The position numbers and the translations under genes are program-made. A stretch of 64,000 nt of DNA from an uncultured Thiotrichales bacterium (lineage in GTDB: Bacteria; Pseudomonadota; Gammaproteobacteria; Francisellales; CACEW01): positions 3,143 through 67,142 of the forward strand of contig CAIQBE010000020.1 of the NCBI GenBank assembly GCA_903870015.1, in the 5' to 3' direction. Numbering within the stretch: the stretch's first letter is position 1; each line of letters opens with the position of its first letter. Positions 58,937 to 64,000 of this stretch are shown piece after piece. The notes under the pieces were generated by a model, which had not been told where the DNA came from, searched no databases, and worked only from the letters and a program-made list of their open reading frames with translations.

Positions 58937-59337
58937 AAAATTTTTCCTAATTTTTAAAGCGCCTCACAAAACTACAACCCCTCAAACCGCTGATCAATAT
59001 ACTCCGTAATACGTCTAATCAACTCAATGAACCGGCGTCATCGCTATAACATCTTTAAGTATACGCGCGCCGCTAGCAAATAGCGATGAATCGCTTGCTT
59101 GAGCACCTCGGCTTACTGGGGTTGAAGACGCATAAATTGACAATATTTATTTAGGAATATAAAACATTAGACCATAAAAAACGGCTTGAATTCAAGTGCG
59201 CAGGTTGCACAACGCAGATTCTGCAGTGATATTTACATATATATTAACATGAAAACCGTAAGACCCGCACATCCCCACCTAGATAAAACTCAAAACTCAT
59301 GCTAAGCTGACACAAAACCTGCTACCCTAAAACCCAC

Positions 59338-60090
59338 ATGCCACGATCTGTATTTTTTAAAAAAATAACAGCGCTTAAGGACGAGCTCAATACCTCGCAA
59401 AGCCATCTGCCGCCAGATAGAAAAAAAGTTGAAAAGCAATTTATCTTAAGCTTGATGCTCGTGAGTATATTTTGCGTGATTTCCTATTTTTTCCTTGATC
59501 AACCCGTCGCGCTATTTATGGCAGGAAAAACCCACAGCAATATTAGCCTGAGCAGCTTTAGCATTACCGACAACCTCACCAATATTGCCTACTTCATTAC
59601 CTTGATCATTATGGCAATTTATGTCTTATTTCGCTTTCTTAACATCCAAAATCGTTTTATCGAGATCAGCGGGGTATTGTGCTTAGGCGTGGTCACCGCC
59701 TTTTTTATCAAAAACCAATTACAACTATTATTTGGACGCATTAGCCCACGGTATGGCTCTTACGAAGAACTCAATTTTGTGCGCAAAAAAGCCCTCTACG
59801 GCTTTCACTTTATGCAAATGGGCAGCTTTCCCTCCGGGCATATGGTGATCTTTACCTGCTTATTTTTGCTGTTTAGCTTTTACTATCCGAAAGTACGCAA
59901 ACTTTGTTATGTACTCTTGAGCATTTTAGCGTTTTTACTCGTTTACGATAACTATCACTTTTTAAGTGATGTTGTAGCAGGAACCTACCTTGGGGCAATC
60001 ATCGCCCTCGCACTAAAGTTTTTATTAAAAATACAGCCTATGAGCTCAAGGCGGCAAGCCGTGCCTCGACGCGATCCAAAGATTCATTAA
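59338..60090 (+). CDS. PAP2-family lipid phosphatase (LpxE/PgpB-like)
   Basis: 250 aa, polytopic. PAP2 motifs SFPSGH and NYHFLSDVVAG. Confidence 0.78.
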   Translation: MPRSVFFKKITALKDELNTSQSHLPPDRKKVEKQFILSLMLVSIFCVISYFFLDQPVALFMAGKTHSNISLSSFSITDNLTNIAYFITLIIMAIYVLFRFLNIQNRFIEISGVLCLGVVTAFFIKNQLQLLFGRISPRYGSYEELNFVRKKALYGFHFMQMGSFPSGHMVIFTCLFLLFSFYYPKVRKLCYVLLSILAFLLVYDNYHFLSDVVAGTYLGAIIALALKFLLKIQPMSSRRQAVPRRDPKIH

Positions 60091-60643
60091 GCATCAACAA
60101 ATCATCCTGAAGCAACCTAAAATGCTTAGCACTGGGAAGCAAATGAAGCTCCTCCACCGCGTAATCAACCACGCTGTGCTTGATAACACTCACATTATGC
60201 TTATTCCAAGAAAAAAATCGCTTAGAACCCTGCAATAAAATCTGCTTCATCCACAACGGCATAGGCACATTTTGTAAAAAATCACGATCTTTAAAAAGCA
60301 CAACCATAGCTTCTAATAGAAACAAATCACCCTGAAATTGAATCAAACCAATACTTAATAATCTAGAACGCTTATTTTTATATAAAGAAAAAGCCAACAA
60401 ATCCATGCTACGACCCTCTAAATACAATGCGCAGCCTTCTTCTAAAATAACATTTTTACCATAAGTCATAGTCATGGTCGTACGCGTAAAATTTAAAACT
60501 ACTTGCAGCTTAATATCAACCAAAGTAAATATAATTTTTTTACCTGCCAAAACCTGCAAATCTTCATAATATCGAGGATCTTGTGACAACACACAATCAA
60601 TTACCCGATTACTAAAACCGGAAAGCAAGCTTGCGATGACCAT
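60038..60643 (-). CDS. ubiJ: Ubiquinone biosynthesis accessory factor UbiJ (SCP2 domain)
   Basis: Immediately downstream of ubiE with a TAATG overlap. Size and position are those of UbiJ. Sequence similarity was judged only by eye. Confidence 0.65.
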   Translation of the reverse strand: MVIASLLSGFSNRVIDCVLSQDPRYYEDLQVLAGKKIIFTLVDIKLQVVLNFTRTTMTMTYGKNVILEEGCALYLEGRSMDLLAFSLYKNKRSRLLSIGLIQFQGDLFLLEAMVVLFKDRDFLQNVPMPLWMKQILLQGSKRFFSWNKHNVSVIKHSVVDYAVEELHLLPSAKHFRLLQDDLLMLNESLDRVEARLAALSS

Positions 60644-61392
60644 TAAAATTTCCACCCCAAATGCAAGGCCACAATCCCGCCAGTTAAATTTTCATAGCTA
60701 ACATCAGCAAAACCTGCCTCTTGCATCATGTCTTTTAAGACCTCTTGCTCAGGATGCTTACGAATAGACTCAGCCAAATAACGATAACTTTCAGCATCCT
60801 GCGCAACTAACTGCCCCAAACGCGGCAAGACTTTAAACGAATACCAATCATACGGTTTTTGCAAAAAACCCACAGGCCTGGAAAACTCTAAAATCAAAGC
60901 CCTACCCTCTTTTTTCAAAACACGATAGATTTCACGCAAAGCAGCATTTTGATCCCGCACATTGCGCAAACCAAAACCAATAATTACCGCATCAAAATGC
61001 CCATCAGGAAAAGGCAAAACCTCAGCATTAGCAGTGACACATTCCACTTGAAATAAACCCGCATCATCAAGGCGACGCAGCCCTTCTTGCAACATACTCT
61101 CGTTAATATCTGCCAACACTAGCTTGCCAGTATTACCAATTTTTTTGGCAATGCGCTTGGTAAGATCGCCCGTACCCCCCGCAAGATCCAAAACCGCCAT
61201 GCCCTGACGCAACAACAGCTTTTGCAAAGCACGCTCTTTCCAATAACGGTGCAAACCCATGGACATCAAGTCATTCATCAAATCGTATTTATGGGCCACC
61301 GAGTGAAAAACCTCATTCACCTTGGCCTGTTTTTGATCCCAATCAACATCCTGATAACCAAAATGCGTTTTGCTCGGGTTGTTCTTATCCAT
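60643..61392 (-). CDS. ubiE: Demethylmenaquinone/ubiquinone C-methyltransferase UbiE
   Basis: Start at [33 protein letters not shown] and LDLAGGTGD motifs. The upstream 88 codons of the track ORF are an artefact. Confidence 0.92.
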   Translation of the reverse strand: MDKNNPSKTHFGYQDVDWDQKQAKVNEVFHSVAHKYDLMNDLMSMGLHRYWKERALQKLLLRQGMAVLDLAGGTGDLTKRIAKKIGNTGKLVLADINESMLQEGLRRLDDAGLFQVECVTANAEVLPFPDGHFDAVIIGFGLRNVRDQNAALREIYRVLKKEGRALILEFSRPVGFLQKPYDWYSFKVLPRLGQLVAQDAESYRYLAESIRKHPEQEVLKDMMQEAGFADVSYENLTGGIVALHLGWKF

Positions 61393-61519
61393 ATCAATAC
61401 TGTCCTGTAAGTTATACGCCATCATAACAAAAAAAATCTCAAACCCCAACAATACAACCCTAGTAATCTCAAGAATACTCATGCTAAAATAATACTCAAA
61501 ATAATGGCTCACGGAAGCT

Positions 61520-62083
61520 ATGCGCACACTCAATATTCCCAATACACTGACCTGGTTTAGAATTATTTTAATTCCAGTTTTTCTGGTGTGCTTTTGTCTA
61601 CCCTTTGAATATGCGCGCTTACTAGCTTCTTTTTTCTTTTTACTAGCCGCAATCACCGATTGGCTGGATGGTTATTTAGCGCGCACACTCAAACAAACTT
61701 CGGCCTTTGGCGCCTTTCTTGATCCAGTAGCTGACAAACTGATGGTCGCTGTGGCACTCATACTGCTGGTAGTCCAATATCCAACATTATGGATGGCTGT
61801 CCCAGGGATGGTCATTGTATGCCGCGAAATTGTTATCTCGGCCTTACGCGAATGGATGGCGGAATTAGGGCAGCGCGCCGTCATCAAAGTCTCTATCATC
61901 GGAAAAATGAAAACTGCCGTGCAGATGCTCGCCATTTTAATTTTACTCTCACAACCCACTAATTATAACAACTACATCGTCATTACTGGCTTTATATTTA
62001 TGTATATTTCAGTGATCTTGACATTATGGTCCATGTTCGTCTATCTTGGACTCGCATGGAAAACTTTACGACATTTACCTTAG
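61520..62083 (+). CDS. pgsA: CDP-diacylglycerol--glycerol-3-phosphate 3-phosphatidyltransferase
   Basis: CDP-alcohol phosphatidyltransferase motif DWLDGYLAR...G.FLDPVADK. Confidence 0.93.
   Translation: MRTLNIPNTLTWFRIILIPVFLVCFCLPFEYARLLASFFFLLAAITDWLDGYLARTLKQTSAFGAFLDPVADKLMVAVALILLVVQYPTLWMAVPGMVIVCREIVISALREWMAELGQRAVIKVSIIGKMKTAVQMLAILILLSQPTNYNNYIVITGFIFMYISVILTLWSMFVYLGLAWKTLRHLP
62018..62047 (+). promoter_or_regulatory. Candidate sigma-70 promoter for the trb operon, inside the 3' end of pgsA
   Basis: TTGACA (62018-62023), 18 nt, TATCTT (62042-62047). About 50 nt upstream of the trbC ATG. A pattern match only. Confidence 0.3.
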
Positions 62084-62099
62084 AAGAGGACAGCACACT

Positions 62100-62399
62100 A
62101 TGAACAAAAAACTACAACGCATTAACACTTTTTTTATTTTACTCATTTCCGCACCTTATGTGTTTGCCTCAGGCCCCGCGATGCCCTGGGAAGGACCACT
62201 CAACACCATTATGCAATCTATTTCTGGCCCGGTTGCCAAAGTAATAGGCGTTATCGCCATTGTACTAGCTGGCTTAGGCATTGCTTTTGGTGAATCAGGC
62301 AGTGGTGTACGTCGTTTATTCCAAGTTGTGCTAGGCCTAGCAATTGCCTTTACTGCAGCGAGTATTGTCTCTACCCTATTCGCTCAAACAGGGCCATAA
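62100..62399 (+). CDS. trbC: Type IV secretion pilin TrbC (VirB2 family)
   Basis: Start MNKKLQ with AGAGGA upstream. Signal peptide, then MPWEGPLNTIMQSISGPVAKVIGVIAIV..G.GIAFGE, typical of TrbC. Confidence 0.85.
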   Translation: MNKKLQRINTFFILLISAPYVFASGPAMPWEGPLNTIMQSISGPVAKVIGVIAIVLAGLGIAFGESGSGVRRLFQVVLGLAIAFTAASIVSTLFAQTGP

Positions 62400-62402
62400 A
62401 CC

Positions 62403-62654
62403 ATGACACCAGGCTACCAAATCACGGTTCACAATTCCCTAACAACACCGATTTTACTTGGGGGAGCTCCGCGCATTTTTACTATTTTAAATGCAACCTT
62501 TGGTGCCGCGATTACGATGGGATTGCAATCTTGGTACGCCCTACCGATTTTTTTAATCACTCAAGGGATCATGGCTTACTTAACCAAAAAAGACCCCTAT
62601 TTCTTACAAATCACTTTACGCCATATTAAGCAAAAGGATTATTACGGTGTTTAA
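62403..62654 (+). CDS. trbD: Type IV secretion protein TrbD (VirB3 family)
   Basis: 83 aa. SLTTPILLGGAPR...KKDPYFLQI pattern of TrbD/VirB3. Confidence 0.85.
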   Translation: MTPGYQITVHNSLTTPILLGGAPRIFTILNATFGAAITMGLQSWYALPIFLITQGIMAYLTKKDPYFLQITLRHIKQKDYYGV

Positions 62655-64000
62655 CCTAAACGAATACCGCAAAGTCAATGATCGTTTAAGCGATCTGTTG
62701 CCTTGGGCAATTTTGGCAGCCCCTGGAACCATCCTTAATAAAGACGGCTCGTTTCAAAGAACCATACGCTTTCGTGGTCCCGATCTAGAATCATCAACAC
62801 CGCCACAACTTGTTGCCGCAACGGCGCGTCTAAATAATGCTTTAAAGCGCTTAGGATCAGGCTGGGCCATGTTTATCGAAGCACGCCGTAAAAAAGCCCT
62901 AAGCTACCCACCCGAATGCCAATTCCCTGATCCACTCAGCTGGCTAATCGACGCCGAACGCCGTGATGCTTTTGAACGCGAAGGCGAACACTATGAAAGC
63001 GTATATTACCTGACGTTTTTATATCTAGCCCCCCGTGAAAGCGTAACAAAAATCAGCAAAATTTTTTATACTCAACCCGATACGCTAGATGTACGGCACG
63101 ACTACAAAAAAATGTTGGACTTTTTCAACACCACCGTATCGCGCTTATTTGATATTTTACGTGACTTTATGTTTGAGACTGAGCTTTTAGACGATGAGGA
63201 AACCCTCACCTATCTACATAGCTGTATTTCAAACAAGTATCACCCTGTCAAAGTGCCTGAAGTTCCCACATATCTCGACAGCATTCTAGCTGATTGCGCC
63301 CTAGTTGGTGGTTTAGCCCCAATGCTCGGTGACCAACACTTACGCACTTTATCCATCATGGGCTTTCCCGCAACCTCAGTGCCTGCGATTTTAGATCAAC
63401 TCAATCATTTACCCATGGAATATCGCTGGGTCACTCGCTTTTTACCCTTGGATAAACTAGAAGGCGAAAAAGTTCTACGCGAATACCGCCGCAAATGGTT
63501 TGCCAAGCGCAAAGGCATGCTCTCACTCGTAAACGAAGTCTTCTCTAAAACCGAGAGCGCTCTCCAAGACTCCGCTTCCCTACGAAAATCACAAGATGCC
63601 GATGAGGCAATTCAAGAGCTAGCCGAAGATTTTGTTTCTTTCGGATACTACACGGCAACCATCACCGTATGGGATCAAGATCCCAACATCGCTCAAAACA
63701 AGCTCCGTGAAGTCGAGCGCATCATCAATGGCCTAGGCTTTGTAACTGTTATGGAGACAGTCAACGCCGTCGAAGCCTGGCTATCATCGCTTCCAGGACA
63801 AGTGTATGCTAATGTGCGCATGCCGCTCATACACAGCCTCAATCTCGCACATTTAATTCCCTTCTCCGCGGCATGGGCTGGCCCAGAATGGAATGAACAT
63901 TTCGACGCCCCCGTGCTAATGTATGCTAAAACCATGGGCAACACACCCTTCCGTGTCAGCAATTTTATCGGGGATGTCGGCCACCAAATGGTCATCGGCC
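62647..64000 (+). CDS. trbE: Type IV secretion ATPase TrbE (VirB4 family), 3' end beyond the window
   Basis: Not in the ORF track because it is open-ended. Hand translation from the GTG at 62647 has no stop to nt 63999. VFNLNEYRK..LLPWAILAAPGTILNKDGSFQRTIRFRGPDLES...GDVGHQMVIG, ending just before the expected Walker A. Confidence 0.88.
   Translation, partial: MFNLNEYRKVNDRLSDLLPWAILAAPGTILNKDGSFQRTIRFRGPDLESSTPPQLVAATARLNNALKRLGSGWAMFIEARRKKALSYPPECQFPDPLSWLIDAERRDAFEREGEHYESVYYLTFLYLAPRESVTKISKIFYTQPDTLDVRHDYKKMLDFFNTTVSRLFDILRDFMFETELLDDEETLTYLHSCISNKYHPVKVPEVPTYLDSILADCALVGGLAPMLGDQHLRTLSIMGFPATSVPAILDQLNHLPMEYRWVTRFLPLDKLEGEKVLREYRRKWFAKRKGMLSLVNEVFSKTESALQDSASLRKSQDADEAIQELAEDFVSFGYYTATITVWDQDPNIAQNKLREVERIINGLGFVTVMETVNAVEAWLSSLPGQVYANVRMPLIHSLNLAHLIPFSAAWAGPEWNEHFDAPVLMYAKTMGNTPFRVSNFIGDVGHQMVIG

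Noticed and set aside
58937-59337. Search for an RfaH ops / JUMPstart element (GGCGGTAG) upstream of the LPS operon
   Set aside because: No match on the transcribed strand. The closest string (GCTAGCGGCGCG on the minus strand) does not fit the consensus.
60038-60090. 53-nt convergent overlap of the PAP2 and ubiJ 3' ends as a possible antisense regulatory arrangement
   Set aside because: Both C-termini are poorly conserved tails and the stop positions are plausible. Overlap of convergent genes of this size is common and there is no further evidence for regulation.
61393-61656. 88-codon N-terminal extension of the ubiE track ORF, overlapping the pgsA start on the other strand
   Set aside because: The canonical UbiE N-terminus ([13 protein letters not shown]) begins at 61392. 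The extension is lysine-rich or hydrophobic with no similarity to anything and would remove the divergent promoter region.
1-64000. CRISPR arrays, rRNA genes, transposases, integrases or prophage genes
   Set aside because: None found. There are no spaced direct-repeat arrays, no rRNA-like sequence, and no ORF with DDE-transposase or phage hallmarks. XerC is the only tyrosine recombinase and is the housekeeping type.

Overview
A 64-kb chromosomal segment from a moderately AT-rich gammaproteobacterium. The gene content (aspartokinase/DAP-decarboxylase fusion, long CsrA, Trb genes) looks Legionellales/Coxiellaceae-like, but that placement is tentative. Nt 1-27100 are mostly housekeeping genes: nadK, a HepT/MntA toxin-antitoxin pair, lysAC fusion, recN, ftsH, rpsT, rppH, xseB-ispA-xerC, ssb, pgi, gmhB-glk, spoT-rpoZ, ogt, tRNA-Ser(GCU), csrA, rsfS, purB and rpoD. 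Nt 27132-58936 form a single co-oriented (minus strand) block of about 32 kb and about 30 genes for Wzx/Wzy-type O-antigen/LPS synthesis. It contains a bacillosamine-like priming module, a GalNAcA(amide) module, a formamido-sugar module with two paralogous beta-propeller proteins and WbqC, a CDP-dideoxyhexose module with a TPP-dependent branching enzyme, and rfbACDB. Nt 59338-62083 carry a PAP2 phosphatase, ubiE-ubiJ and pgsA. A P-type (Trb) type IV secretion operon (trbC-trbD-trbE) starts 16 nt after pgsA and runs off the window. The most unusual signals are: (1) a 135-bp MITE-like element with 16-bp terminal inverted repeats and a 9-bp target duplication, inserted in-frame in the PglE-like aminotransferase; (2) a deletion scar (truncated rfbF fused to a truncated SDR) that duplicates the intact rfbF 7 kb away; (3) a poly-G9 tract in wzx; (4) a catalytically dead serine-recombinase-like protein translationally coupled to gmhB-glk; (5) the uncharacterised beta-propeller/WbqC/formyltransferase module. 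No CRISPR array, rRNA or transposase/integrase gene was seen.
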